Virus record (IMG/VR): IMGVR_UViG_3300043036_000147
Location: 1-45,394 of that record
Source: a virus
Lineage: Duplodnaviria > Caudoviricetes
Strand: one strand, 5' to 3'
Length of the DNA: 45,394 nucleotides
The notes beneath the pieces were generated by a model, which saw nothing but the letters and a program-made list of their open reading frames with translations, searched no databases and was not told the origin of the DNA. The position numbers and the translations under genes are program-made. Positions 8,347 through 17,952 of this stretch are shown here, one piece after another; position 1 is the stretch's first letter, and every line of letters starts with the position of its first letter.

Positions 8347-8470
8347 CGCGCATACACGCACGCGTGCGCATGCACGCGCATACGCGCACACGGGCGCATG
8401 CCCGCATACCTGCACCCGCGCACCCGCGAACCCGACCCCCGGCACGGGGGCCTGCGCGCGCGCCCGCGCT
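8347..8470. repeat. Alternating purine-pyrimidine tract and GC hairpins; candidate packaging/terminus region
   Basis: Perfect pyrimidine/purine alternation 8347-8392 (46 nt), hairpin CCCCCG-GCA-CGGGGG, and a CG run near 8453-8463. Confidence 0.7.
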
Positions 8471-8604
8471 CTATATTACCCCCTCGTAGAAAGCCGCCAT
8501 AGTTTGAAATCAATATGACGCAATTTGCGCGTTGACATTGTGGCATAACTCGCCACCGTGGCGACCTCTCCAAACAGGAGCCAAACATCAACGCCACTGC
8601 ACCC

Positions 8605-9744
8605 ATGAAAAACAAAGAAGGACTTCTCTACAATCTAGCTTCATCTCTGGCAATCACCTACACCGACATCCTGCACGGTCGAGACCCAGCCGTCATGCTC
8701 TGGGATGATCTTGAACCCCAGGAGCGCGATCACTGCATCGACGCCATGATCGAAGCCCTGCCACAAGCCATCGACCAAGAGCTGCCAGACTCCATCCCAA
8801 CTCGCGCCCACCTCCGCAGCCACCTGAGCACCCAGATTCACGGCGGTGGGTCAGCATCCATCACTGGCTTCGACGACCTCTACGAGGACGTCCTCCTCAG
8901 CGTCAAGCTGGCCAAGACCTCCGGTGAGTTCGACGCCTTCTACCTCCAAAAAGAACTGGACGAAGCCAACCTGGAACTAGACGACGCCTGCGACAAAATC
9001 TCTTCGTTGGAGGAAGACCTTCGCCACATGACAAGCGAGCACGACTACCAACGCGGTCAACGCGAAGGAAACCGCGAATGGGCCATCAAAGCCGAAGAAA
9101 AGCTGATCAACGCCAACCAGCGCATTGCGGAGCTCGAAAGGGAATGCCAAGAAGACGGCGACGAAGAAAAAGAGCAATGGGAATCCACGCTCTACGCCTC
9201 GCAAGTCAAGCTCTCCCATGAGCGCGCTGTGAGCCAATCATGCAAAAACATCCTCGACCGCATTGCGGCAGTCTGCGGCGTCACCTATGGCGACGGCGAC
9301 GAATTGGTCAAGACGATCGTCAAGGCACGGCAAGTCGGCGAAAAGCTGAAAGAAGAAGTAGCAGAGCTTACCAAGCGCAACGCGGACCAAGAATCCAAAA
9401 TGCGCGAATTGAAGCTCGAAATCGAGGGCATCCTAGAGGAGTTCCAACTGCACTGCCCCACTGACGACGTGCTCGACATGGTGCGCTGCGCTTGCGAAGG
9501 CGGTCGCGATCTGATCAACCGCAACAAGTTCCTGGAGGACTCAATCTATGTGGACTCAATCTATGTCGGCGCACGCAAAGAAGTGTGCGATGAGGAATAC
9601 ACTCCGGCTCCTCCACGCGAGGAATTTCCACGGACATACAAAGGCTCCGACCAGTCATCGGTATGGCCTGTGTGCGTCACCATCATCGTCTGCACCATGG
9701 TGCCTTTTACGGCTTGGTTCTTCGGTGAACTCATCAAAGCATGA
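8605..9744 (+). CDS. Acidic coiled-coil protein with C-terminal transmembrane helix
   Basis: Heptad-rich central region; C-terminal VWPVCVTIIVCTMVPFTAWFF. Confidence 0.75.
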   Translation: MKNKEGLLYNLASSLAITYTDILHGRDPAVMLWDDLEPQERDHCIDAMIEALPQAIDQELPDSIPTRAHLRSHLSTQIHGGGSASITGFDDLYEDVLLSVKLAKTSGEFDAFYLQKELDEANLELDDACDKISSLEEDLRHMTSEHDYQRGQREGNREWAIKAEEKLINANQRIAELERECQEDGDEEKEQWESTLYASQVKLSHERAVSQSCKNILDRIAAVCGVTYGDGDELVKTIVKARQVGEKLKEEVAELTKRNADQESKMRELKLEIEGILEEFQLHCPTDDVLDMVRCACEGGRDLINRNKFLEDSIYVDSIYVGARKEVCDEEYTPAPPREEFPRTYKGSDQSSVWPVCVTIIVCTMVPFTAWFFGELIKA

Positions 9745-9789
9745 CTTGACTTGCGCTCATGGGCACCATCCATTAAGTTACCAGAACCC

Positions 9790-11547
9790 ATGAGCGCAGT
9801 CCCCCCAATTTACCAACCAGCCACCAACTTCGCAACGGAGGCCAGCCAACCAATTACGGTGGCTGGCCTTCCTGGTGCGGAGATGGATGCAGAATTCACC
9901 GGCATCCAGGCAACCCTCGGAGCCGTCCGATCCCGCCTCTCCGAGATTCAGCGTGACGACGGACTCATGCGGAACGGAGTCGTCGGAATTGATGCCCTCT
10001 CCAGTGCCGCTATCCAAGCCCTCGGAAGCAACGCTCTCAACCCACGGGGAGAATGGGCTGCAAACCGGGCCTACGCAGTCGGTGACGTCTTCAGTCGCGT
10101 CCAAGAGACTCGACTCGTCAAGACCGCCTACACCTCCGGTGCCACCTACAACCTCGGCAGCATCGACACCAACAACACGTCGGTCCTGGGCATGCCTCCT
10201 GACGTGGGTCAGGTGACGCGCAAAACCTTCAACGGAAACGGTTCCACCACCGTATTCACCCTGGACGTCGCACCCGTTTACGACACCAACATCCGCGTTT
10301 TTGTCAACGGTCTTTTTACGCTGGCAGGCACCGACTGGACGCTCAGCGGCACGACTCTCACGTTCACCTCTGCTCCAGCAGTGGGCACCAACAACATTGT
10401 GACCGAGGTGGGACAAGTGTCTTCGGTGGATTTGGCAGTGCTCCCTGGCTCTAGCGTGAACACTGTTCAGCTTGCCAACCTTGCCGTCACGACGGCCAAG
10501 ATCGCAGATGCCAACGTCACAACTGGCAAAATTGCAGACGCCGCAATCAATTCGGCAAAGATCGCCAATAATGCTGTCACTGCGGCAAAGTTTCCTGACG
10601 CAAGCATCACGACTGCCAAAATTGCCAACGGGGCCATCACTTCTGAAAAGATTGCGACTGCTGGCGTAGCGACGTCCAATATTCAGAACAATGCGATCAA
10701 TAGTGACAAGATTGCAGATAACGCTGTCGCATCTGGTAAAATACCCAACGGTGCAATCACTGGGGCAAAGATTGAAGACTTAGCAATCACTGAGGAAAAA
10801 ATTGCGGACGGAAGCATAACCAATGCAAAATTGAGTTCTTTTGCTGTCAACACTGATCAGCTTGAAGTCAATTCAGTGACGTCCATTAAGATTGCAGACG
10901 GAGCCGTCATTGGAGCCAAGATTTTAGATGGCACCATTACCGGGGCAAAGCTCAACGGTGCTCAAACCGGTGTCGCGCCAGTGTTCGGCGCTCGCGCCTG
11001 GGTTTCATTTGCTGGTCTCTCTACCGCTGAAAATAGAACTGCAACGTATGTGCAGAATAACACATTGACTGTTACCGTGACCCTGACAAATCACGGCTTT
11101 CGAGCTGGAGATTGGTTTTCTTGTGCTGTTACCAGCGGGGCTGTTGCAACCAACAGCTATCAAGTGACACAAGCGTTTCAACCTAACGTGTTTACTTTTG
11201 CAGTCCCTTCTGCCGTGACCACTTCTGGCAGCATGACCATTCGCCAAAGCACCATACTAGGGTCTGGCAATGTTTATAGGGTCAGTGGAATCAATGGCTA
11301 TTTTCTCATCAACTTCACCACGCCGTTGCCAACAGCCAACTATGCAATGATGGGAAGCTGCACTGCTTATGATGGAACCACCGTCAGAAGCGGAGTTGCC
11401 ATTAGGGCAAGCGGTGGAGCTAACACCAATTGGGGGAGCCCAGCTCAACTAAAAACAACTGGCGCAATACAGATCGTGGCTGGTGACACAAGCACAGGAA
11501 GTCTTACCACTAGCCCAAATGAGGTAAATTTGGTATTCTTCGGATGA
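9790..11547 (+). CDS. Tail fibre / receptor-binding protein
   Basis: N-terminal LSEIQRDDG virion-attachment-type segment, FNGNGSTTVFTL domain, about 17 ten-residue VTTAKIADxx repeats, C-terminal ARAWVSF...YFLINFTTPLPTANY tip domain. Confidence 0.85.
   Translation: MSAVPPIYQPATNFATEASQPITVAGLPGAEMDAEFTGIQATLGAVRSRLSEIQRDDGLMRNGVVGIDALSSAAIQALGSNALNPRGEWAANRAYAVGDVFSRVQETRLVKTAYTSGATYNLGSIDTNNTSVLGMPPDVGQVTRKTFNGNGSTTVFTLDVAPVYDTNIRVFVNGLFTLAGTDWTLSGTTLTFTSAPAVGTNNIVTEVGQVSSVDLAVLPGSSVNTVQLANLAVTTAKIADANVTTGKIADAAINSAKIANNAVTAAKFPDASITTAKIANGAITSEKIATAGVATSNIQNNAINSDKIADNAVASGKIPNGAITGAKIEDLAITEEKIADGSITNAKLSSFAVNTDQLEVNSVTSIKIADGAVIGAKILDGTITGAKLNGAQTGVAPVFGARAWVSFAGLSTAENRTATYVQNNTLTVTVTLTNHGFRAGDWFSCAVTSGAVATNSYQVTQAFQPNVFTFAVPSAVTTSGSMTIRQSTILGSGNVYRVSGINGYFLINFTTPLPTANYAMMGSCTAYDGTTVRSGVAIRASGGANTNWGSPAQLKTTGAIQIVAGDTSTGSLTTSPNEVNLVFFG
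10456..10959 (+). repeat. About 17 degenerate 30-bp (10-aa) coding repeats forming the fibre shaft
   Basis: VNTVQLANLA/VTTAKIADAN/VTTGKIADAA/.../ITGAKLNG. Confidence 0.9.
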
Positions 11548-13139
11548 GCAAACCCAGAGACGAGCGTGATGAGATCGGTCGCCAGATCAAGGCGGCTGAA
11601 CGCCTCCTAGCCGCAAAGCAGGCCAAGGACAGCCTCATCACGTTCACTCGTCTCATGATGCCTTCGCCCTCTGACCCCGAGGACGCATCGCAATCTCGCT
11701 ACGTCGCAGCCCTGCATCACCAGAAGATCGCAGCAGCCCTGGAGGAGGTTGAGCGCGGCAACATTCAACGCCTCATCATCGCAGTTCCACCGCGTCACGG
11801 AAAGTCCCAGCTCAGCTCCAAAGCCTTCCCGGCTTGGTTCATGGGTCGTGATCCATACCGTCAGGTCATCGTCGCGTCCTATTCCTCCACGATGGCAGAG
11901 GATTTTGGCAAAGAAGTGCGGGCCTACATGCAAACACCGGCATTCTCGCAGGTTTTCCCCGACTGCAAGCTCAAGAAGGGCGGCGAGGCATCAGACCGAC
12001 TCCAGACCGAGGATGGCGGCATTGCCGCTTTCGTTGGCGCTGGCGGTGCCCTGACTGGTCGCGGTGCCAATCTCTTGATCATTGACGACCCCATCAAGGA
12101 CCGCGCTGACGCTGACAGCACGACCATGCGTGACAACCTGTGGGAGTGGTTTACCTCGACCGCCATGACGCGACTCATGAGCGACAAGCAAAGCTCCATG
12201 GGTCGCGTGGTCATCATCATGACGCGCTGGCACGAAGATGACATCGTTGGTCGCCTGACCGACCGCAGCAACAAGCACTACTCCGAGCAGGAGGCGGCAA
12301 GCTGGAAGATGCTTCATCTTCCTGCCATTGCTACCGAGGACAATGACGTCATGGGGCGCAAGCTTGGTGAGCCGCTTTGGCCAGAGCGAATTGGCATTGA
12401 ATTCCTGAATTCACAGAAGCGCCTGTCTGCCAAAAACTTCGCGTCCCTGTATCAGGGATCGCCCAACCCAGAAGACGGCGAGTTCTTCAAGAAGGAATAC
12501 ATCATCGGCTACCGTCCAGACGAGCTTCCAAAAAACCTCAGGCGATACATTTCCTCGGATCACGCCGTATCAACCAAGCAAACGGCGGACAAAACGTGCC
12601 TCCTGCCGGGACTCCTGGACGAAGACGACGTTCTGTGGATTTCACCAGACGCATGGTGGAGACGCGGTGACTCCGCGCAGGTAGTAGAGGCCATGCTTCA
12701 GCTCATGAAGGTGCATAAGCCGCTGACTTGGTGGGCAGAACGCGGTCACATCTCCCAGTCCATCGGACCATTCCTGCGGCAACGCATGATGGAGGAGTCG
12801 GTGTATTGCGCGATTGAGGAAAAGACGCCGGTCAAGGACAAAATGACCCGTGCCCAGTCCATCCAAGGTCGAATGTCCATGGGAAAAGTGCGTTTTCCCA
12901 CGTTCGCCCCTTGGTGGGATGAGGCAGAAGCCGAGCTTTTGAAGTTCCCATCGGGCAAAAATGACGACTTTGTCGATGCCTTGGCGTGGCTGGGGCTCGG
13001 CCTCTCCACAATGGTGGCACCAAGCGCAATCAAGCCAAAAAGGGAGGACATGCACCCACCTGGGAGCATGGAGTGGATTCTCCGCCAGACATCCATGCAA
13101 ATGGCCACCGCAAAACGCGCCAACACTGCCGGTTGGTAG
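11544..13139 (+). CDS. terL: Terminase large subunit
   Basis: PPRHGKS Walker A, LLIIDDPIK Walker B, MTRWHEDD, and C-terminal nuclease with NDDFVDAL. Confidence 0.96.
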   Translation: MSKPRDERDEIGRQIKAAERLLAAKQAKDSLITFTRLMMPSPSDPEDASQSRYVAALHHQKIAAALEEVERGNIQRLIIAVPPRHGKSQLSSKAFPAWFMGRDPYRQVIVASYSSTMAEDFGKEVRAYMQTPAFSQVFPDCKLKKGGEASDRLQTEDGGIAAFVGAGGALTGRGANLLIIDDPIKDRADADSTTMRDNLWEWFTSTAMTRLMSDKQSSMGRVVIIMTRWHEDDIVGRLTDRSNKHYSEQEAASWKMLHLPAIATEDNDVMGRKLGEPLWPERIGIEFLNSQKRLSAKNFASLYQGSPNPEDGEFFKKEYIIGYRPDELPKNLRRYISSDHAVSTKQTADKTCLLPGLLDEDDVLWISPDAWWRRGDSAQVVEAMLQLMKVHKPLTWWAERGHISQSIGPFLRQRMMEESVYCAIEEKTPVKDKMTRAQSIQGRMSMGKVRFPTFAPWWDEAEAELLKFPSGKNDDFVDALAWLGLGLSTMVAPSAIKPKREDMHPPGSMEWILRQTSMQMATAKRANTAGW

Positions 13140-13190
13140 TAGTCAAACGCAGACAGATACCACATTTCAGGTTACAATCCCAGACATCTC

Positions 13191-15314
13191 ATGCTACTCG
13201 AAGACCCAAACCAAGCCTTCCCTGACCAGGGCAATTTCATTTCCACCCAGAACGGGTCAAACATCGAGATGCCCCATGCGCCCATTGCGGCAGACGACGG
13301 CACAATCTCTAGCGTCGTGCGCACGGTGCCAGAATTGCACCCAGCCCGCGCCCAATTGGTCAAGCAGTGGCAGGAAAAAATCAGCTCGGCCAAGAACTAT
13401 TGGGCCGGTGACTTCAAGCGCATGCGTGACAACATGAGCTTTGCAGGTGGCGACCAGTGGCCTGGAGACGGCGACTACTACATCGCCAACATCACGCAAC
13501 GCCACCTCCAGCAGCGCACAGCGGCGCTCTACGCCAAGAACCCACAGGTCGTGTGCAAGAAGCGCAAGCGCATGGAATTTGCCATCTGGGATGGAACCTT
13601 CCAGACGCTCACCGTGATGCAGCAGCAGCTCGCCATGATGCGCCAGACCGGCATCGTGAACCCACAGACGATGGCATTCATTGAGGACTTCATGCAAGGA
13701 TCGCAGAAGCGGCAGCAGATGGACAAGATTTCCAAGACTTTGGAGCTGCTTTTCAGCCACACCCTGGACAACCAGATGCCCCCGTTCAAGCTGAACATGA
13801 AGCAGCTCGTTCGTCGCACCCTCACAACCGGCGTGGGCTATGTAAAGCTGGGCTTCAAGCGTGAGCTTGAGAAGCGACCAGAAGACGTGGCACAGGTCAA
13901 TGTGCTTACCGATGCCGTCAAGGCCGCAGAGCGAGTCATGGCCGACCGCGAAGACGACCAAATCACCGACGACTCATCCGAGCTCGAAGTGCTGCGTCAG
14001 CAGCTTGACACTGCCAAATCTGGCATGCGCGACATGGTCACGTTTGAGGGCCTGACCTTCGACTTCCCACGCTCCACGTCCATCATCGTTGACCCTGCTT
14101 GCACCACCTTGCGCACCTTCAGCGGTGCCAAGTGGATCGCCCATGAGTTCATCCTCACACGCGATGACATCCAGGAAATCTACAACGTCGATGTCAAGTC
14201 GGCTCAGTCGGTCGATGGCATCACCGAGGTCAAACCCACGGACTCCAACGGCTTCGTCGTGTGGGAGATTTACGAGAAGAAGACCGGCCACGTCTTCACC
14301 GTGATGCAGGGCTACCAGGATTACCTGCGTGAGCCAGAGGCCCCAGACTTCTACCTCGAAAGGTTCTGGCCATTTTTCCCAGTCTGCTTCAACGAACTTG
14401 AAGCTGACGGCAGCAAGAAGAACAGCATCTTCCCGATCAGCGATGTCGAGCTTCTGAAGCCCATTCAGAAGGAATACAATCGCGCTCGCGAAGCGCTGCG
14501 ACGTCACCGCATGGCGAACCGCCCACGCCACGCTACGCCCGCAGGTGCCCTATCCGACACCGACAAGGACAACCTCATGGCGGCTGACGGCAACACTACG
14601 ATCGAGCTTCAGGGCCTCCAGTCCAATGAGGACATTCGGGCCAAGCTCATGCCGATCCCGACCATCCCGCTTGATCCGCAGGTCTATAACACCGACCTGC
14701 TGTTCCAGGACCTTCTGCGCACCGCTGGTGCTCAGGAGGCCAATCTGGGTGGCACAGGCGGTGGCACCGCCACCGAGAGCAGCATTGCTGAAAGCAGCCG
14801 CATGAGCAGCCTGTCGTCCAACGTCGATGACCTGGACGATCTTCTCACCGAGCTGGCCAAAGCAGGCGGTCAAGTGCTGCTGCTGGAGATGAGCCAGGAG
14901 ACAGTCAAGGAGATCGTTGGCCCAGGTGCCCTCTGGCCCGAGATGGACCGCGAGCAGGTCGCCAAGGAGATCGGCCTGGAGATTCGCGCTGGCAGCTCTG
15001 GTCGCCCGAACAAGGCGATGGAAATCCAGAACTTTGAGCGGATTATGCCGACCATGATCCAGATTCCAGGCATCAATCCCGAGTGGGTCGCCCGCGAAGC
15101 GGTCCGCCGCCTGGACGACGGCATTGAGTTCGAGGACGCATGGATTGGCAACGTGCCGTCTTTGATCGCCCAGAACGCCCAGGCTCAGCCGCAGCCCGGT
15201 GACCCCAACAGTCAGCCGACTGCGCAGGGGAATAAAGGTGGACAAAATGCCCCGTCTGCCGCAGGATCGCAATCTGGCGGACCACCGCAATTAGCACCAA
15301 ATCAAGCACCATAA
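13191..15314 (+). CDS. Portal protein
   Basis: 707 aa immediately after terL; helical; TATES motif and Q/P-rich tail typical of podovirus portals. Confidence 0.85.
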   Translation: MLLEDPNQAFPDQGNFISTQNGSNIEMPHAPIAADDGTISSVVRTVPELHPARAQLVKQWQEKISSAKNYWAGDFKRMRDNMSFAGGDQWPGDGDYYIANITQRHLQQRTAALYAKNPQVVCKKRKRMEFAIWDGTFQTLTVMQQQLAMMRQTGIVNPQTMAFIEDFMQGSQKRQQMDKISKTLELLFSHTLDNQMPPFKLNMKQLVRRTLTTGVGYVKLGFKRELEKRPEDVAQVNVLTDAVKAAERVMADREDDQITDDSSELEVLRQQLDTAKSGMRDMVTFEGLTFDFPRSTSIIVDPACTTLRTFSGAKWIAHEFILTRDDIQEIYNVDVKSAQSVDGITEVKPTDSNGFVVWEIYEKKTGHVFTVMQGYQDYLREPEAPDFYLERFWPFFPVCFNELEADGSKKNSIFPISDVELLKPIQKEYNRAREALRRHRMANRPRHATPAGALSDTDKDNLMAADGNTTIELQGLQSNEDIRAKLMPIPTIPLDPQVYNTDLLFQDLLRTAGAQEANLGGTGGGTATESSIAESSRMSSLSSNVDDLDDLLTELAKAGGQVLLLEMSQETVKEIVGPGALWPEMDREQVAKEIGLEIRAGSSGRPNKAMEIQNFERIMPTMIQIPGINPEWVAREAVRRLDDGIEFEDAWIGNVPSLIAQNAQAQPQPGDPNSQPTAQGNKGGQNAPSAAGSQSGGPPQLAPNQAP

Positions 15315-15562
15315 TGACATTGTTTCCTGATTCAGATGAGCCACCACCAGTCCAGCGGTCAAAAGTGGAACAGCTAAGGGATCGCATCCTGAACCTTGTG
15401 GCTATGCACAAGGAGTCCGACAGCCTTGAAGAAGGCGAGTGCCATGCCGCCTTTGTCATGGCGCTCAAGGGCTTGGATGCTAGATTGGAAGAGGATGAAA
15501 TTGCCGCTTGGGTGATACCTCCGAGAACCGGTCAATACGAGGGTCCAGCTTTGAGCGCATAA
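15314..15562 (+). CDS. Hypothetical protein
   Basis: 82-aa ORF coupled to the portal stop (TAATG). Confidence 0.6.
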   Translation: MTLFPDSDEPPPVQRSKVEQLRDRILNLVAMHKESDSLEEGECHAAFVMALKGLDARLEEDEIAAWVIPPRTGQYEGPALSA

Positions 15563-15622
15563 TGCACCTATAGTGCATTACTGATTGCGTCACTCATTGC
15601 GACAACCTTGGCGATGAGTGAC
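15560..15622. promoter_or_regulatory. Two adjacent inverted repeats upstream of the scaffold/capsid genes
   Basis: TAATGCAC-N5-GTGCATTA (15560-15580) and GTCACTCATTGC-N10-GCGATGAGTGAC (15589-15622). Confidence 0.55.
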
Positions 15623-15630
15623 ATTACTCA

Positions 15631-16722
15631 ATGGCCACACCCATACCATCCCTAACATCCAACTCCGAAGAGGCCCAGGTGCTTTCTGCGGATTCTCCAG
15701 TCGAGCAGGCAATCAACGAAGTGACACCGGTCGAAGTGCCGGTGGTTACCGAAGCCACCAAGCACGAAGAATTGCTTCGCGGCGTTGATGACGTTCTCAA
15801 AAAGAGCGCCGATGCAACTCCGGTCACCAAGACTGACGACACTGTTGTCACTAAAGCAGATGAAGTCGTAACCCCAACTGGCGACCAGCCAGTGGCCAAG
15901 GTTGATGATAAGCCATCCATTGATCCGTCTCTCCTGACCGACGTTGACAAGGAAGATGACAAGCTAGAATTCAAGGATCACCCTCGCTTCGTAGCGCTTC
16001 GCCAAGAGGCATTGCAATCACGGGCATCCGCACGGGCATTTGAGGCTCAGGTGCAGCCTCTGCGCGAAAGCGCCGAGAAGCTGTCGGCCATCAGCGGTTT
16101 CGTGAATGGCAACGGCATTTCAGAGGACGAGTTCGTTGAGGGCCTGGAGATCATGGCTGCTCTCAAGAACGATCCCCTCAAAGCCGCCAAGCTCCTCGCT
16201 CCGCACATTTCCCACCTTGGCAAGTTTACCGGCGAGGGAGAGCTGCCAAAGGAGCTTCAGGATCGCGTGTCTGACGGCGAGCTTTCTGAAGCTGCCGCAC
16301 GCGAGATCGTCCGCGCACGAACCGAAGCTAGCATTGCTCAGACGCAAGCTCATCGCGTGACGAGCGCACAGCAGCAAGAGATTGCCCAGCGCAATCTCGT
16401 CGAGGCTGGTCACGCAGTCTCCGCATGGGAGGCAAACATTTCCAGGACTGACGTGGACTATGCCAAGAAGCAGCCACTCGTCATTCGCCTCATTCAGGCA
16501 GAGGCGGCTCTCCGTCCTCCGCGTAATCCAACGGAAGCAATCGCTCTAGCTCAGCGCTGCTACACCGACATCAGCAAGAATTTCGTCACACAAGTGACGA
16601 AGACCGCGACGAAACCCACCCCGAGCACTGTTAACGGGTCGCAAGCCCGCAATCCAGTGCTTCCGAAGCCTAAGTCACTCCTTGATGGGGTGGGTCAGGT
16701 TCTCGCGGGAATCCGTGGCTAA
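15631..16722 (+). CDS. Capsid scaffolding protein
   Basis: Acidic disordered N-terminus, FKDHPRF motif, coiled coil; position directly before the major capsid gene. Confidence 0.75.
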   Translation: MATPIPSLTSNSEEAQVLSADSPVEQAINEVTPVEVPVVTEATKHEELLRGVDDVLKKSADATPVTKTDDTVVTKADEVVTPTGDQPVAKVDDKPSIDPSLLTDVDKEDDKLEFKDHPRFVALRQEALQSRASARAFEAQVQPLRESAEKLSAISGFVNGNGISEDEFVEGLEIMAALKNDPLKAAKLLAPHISHLGKFTGEGELPKELQDRVSDGELSEAAAREIVRARTEASIAQTQAHRVTSAQQQEIAQRNLVEAGHAVSAWEANISRTDVDYAKKQPLVIRLIQAEAALRPPRNPTEAIALAQRCYTDISKNFVTQVTKTATKPTPSTVNGSQARNPVLPKPKSLLDGVGQVLAGIRG

Positions 16723-16770
16723 TAAGTCGAACCGCAAACACCAAAACAACCCGACCCCTACTAGCCACCT

Positions 16771-17847
16771 ATGGCCTTTACTAACGACGAAATGAACGCA
16801 GTGCTGAACTACGTTCTCAACTACCACATCCGTGGCGATGCTCTCGCCCAGACCATCCAGGACAAGCCGCTTCTGAAGGCCATGAAGGCCAAGATGAAGA
16901 CCTTCCCTGGCGGTAAGGGCAAGATTGACGGCCCCGTCAAAGGCGAGTTCTTGAACAGCAACGGTGCTTTCTTCAAGGGCTTCAAGTTTGACGACACCGT
17001 CACCTTCCAGAACCCACGCGCCGTTCTCCGCCCGTCCTACGACTGGTGTCAGATTCATGGTGGTATCACCGTGACCTTTACCGAGCTCATGCAGGGCGGC
17101 ATCAAGGTCACCGATACCAACCTCGGCAGCGGCACCTCCAACTTCTCCGACGCGGAGAAGGTTCAGCTCACGAACCTCCTGGACGAAAAGGTCATGGACC
17201 TTACCGAGTCCTGGAGCCGCAAGATGAACGAGGCCCTCTGGAATGACGGCACGCAGGATGACGGGAAGCAGTTCCCAGGCATCACCGCCTACATCCAGGC
17301 ATCCAACACCGGCGTGACCACTGGTGGCCTTGCCCGCAACACCTACGCATGGTGGCGCAATCGGGCTGTGACCGGCATGAACACCGCCACAAGCCAGATC
17401 GTCAGCTCCACGCTGCGCACCGAAATTCGCCAGCTCCGCCGCTACGGTGGCAAGCCCACCCTCTGGCTTGCTGGCTCGAAGTTCCTGGAAGCCCTGGAAA
17501 AGGAGATCACGGAGAAATCCACGATCTTCGTCACCAACGGCAACCAGAGCGGCGCTCGCAAGATCGGGAACTACAGCATCGAGCTGCCCGGTATCGGCAC
17601 CATCGAATACGATCCAACCCTGGACGACCTGGGAACGATCAAGGGAGACGGCGTGGACTACTCCAAGCGTCTCTACGCTATCGACGTGGATCAGGGCTTC
17701 CAGCTCTGGGCTGTCGATGGTGAGGCTGAGCGTATCCACACTCCCGCTCGCCCAGAAAACAAGATGGCCATGTATCGCTCGCTTACCTTCGCAGGTGGCA
17801 CCGCTGCATTCCGCCTGAATGGCCAGGGTGTGTATTCCATCGCGTAA
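16771..17847 (+). CDS. Major capsid protein
   Basis: 358 aa, strongly biased codon usage, follows the scaffold gene and precedes a strong terminator. Confidence 0.88.
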   Translation: MAFTNDEMNAVLNYVLNYHIRGDALAQTIQDKPLLKAMKAKMKTFPGGKGKIDGPVKGEFLNSNGAFFKGFKFDDTVTFQNPRAVLRPSYDWCQIHGGITVTFTELMQGGIKVTDTNLGSGTSNFSDAEKVQLTNLLDEKVMDLTESWSRKMNEALWNDGTQDDGKQFPGITAYIQASNTGVTTGGLARNTYAWWRNRAVTGMNTATSQIVSSTLRTEIRQLRRYGGKPTLWLAGSKFLEALEKEITEKSTIFVTNGNQSGARKIGNYSIELPGIGTIEYDPTLDDLGTIKGDGVDYSKRLYAIDVDQGFQLWAVDGEAERIHTPARPENKMAMYRSLTFAGGTAAFRLNGQGVYSIA

Positions 17848-17871
17848 GCGACAACCCTGGAGCTCCGCATC

Positions 17872-17902
17872 AGCCCACCCTCGGAAACGGGGGTGGGCTT
17901 TT
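17872..17902 (+). terminator. Intrinsic terminator after the major capsid gene
   Basis: AGCCCACCCTCG-GAAA-CGGGGGTGGGCT followed by TTT. Confidence 0.85.
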
Positions 17903-17952
17903 GAGGTGCCGGGTAACCCCGATAAACATCATCACCAATCCACACTATCCAC

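Noticed and set aside
8262-8615. ORFs over the purine/pyrimidine tract
   Set aside because: The R/A/H/C-rich translations simply reflect the dinucleotide alternation.
9790-11547. Diversity-generating retroelement acting on the fibre
   Set aside because: No reverse transcriptase and no template/variable repeat pair were seen.
15599-17855. GCGACAAC motif recurring in intergenic regions (15599, 17848 and near 37296)
   Set aside because: It is only 8 nt and also occurs in coding sequence, so by eye it cannot be distinguished from chance.
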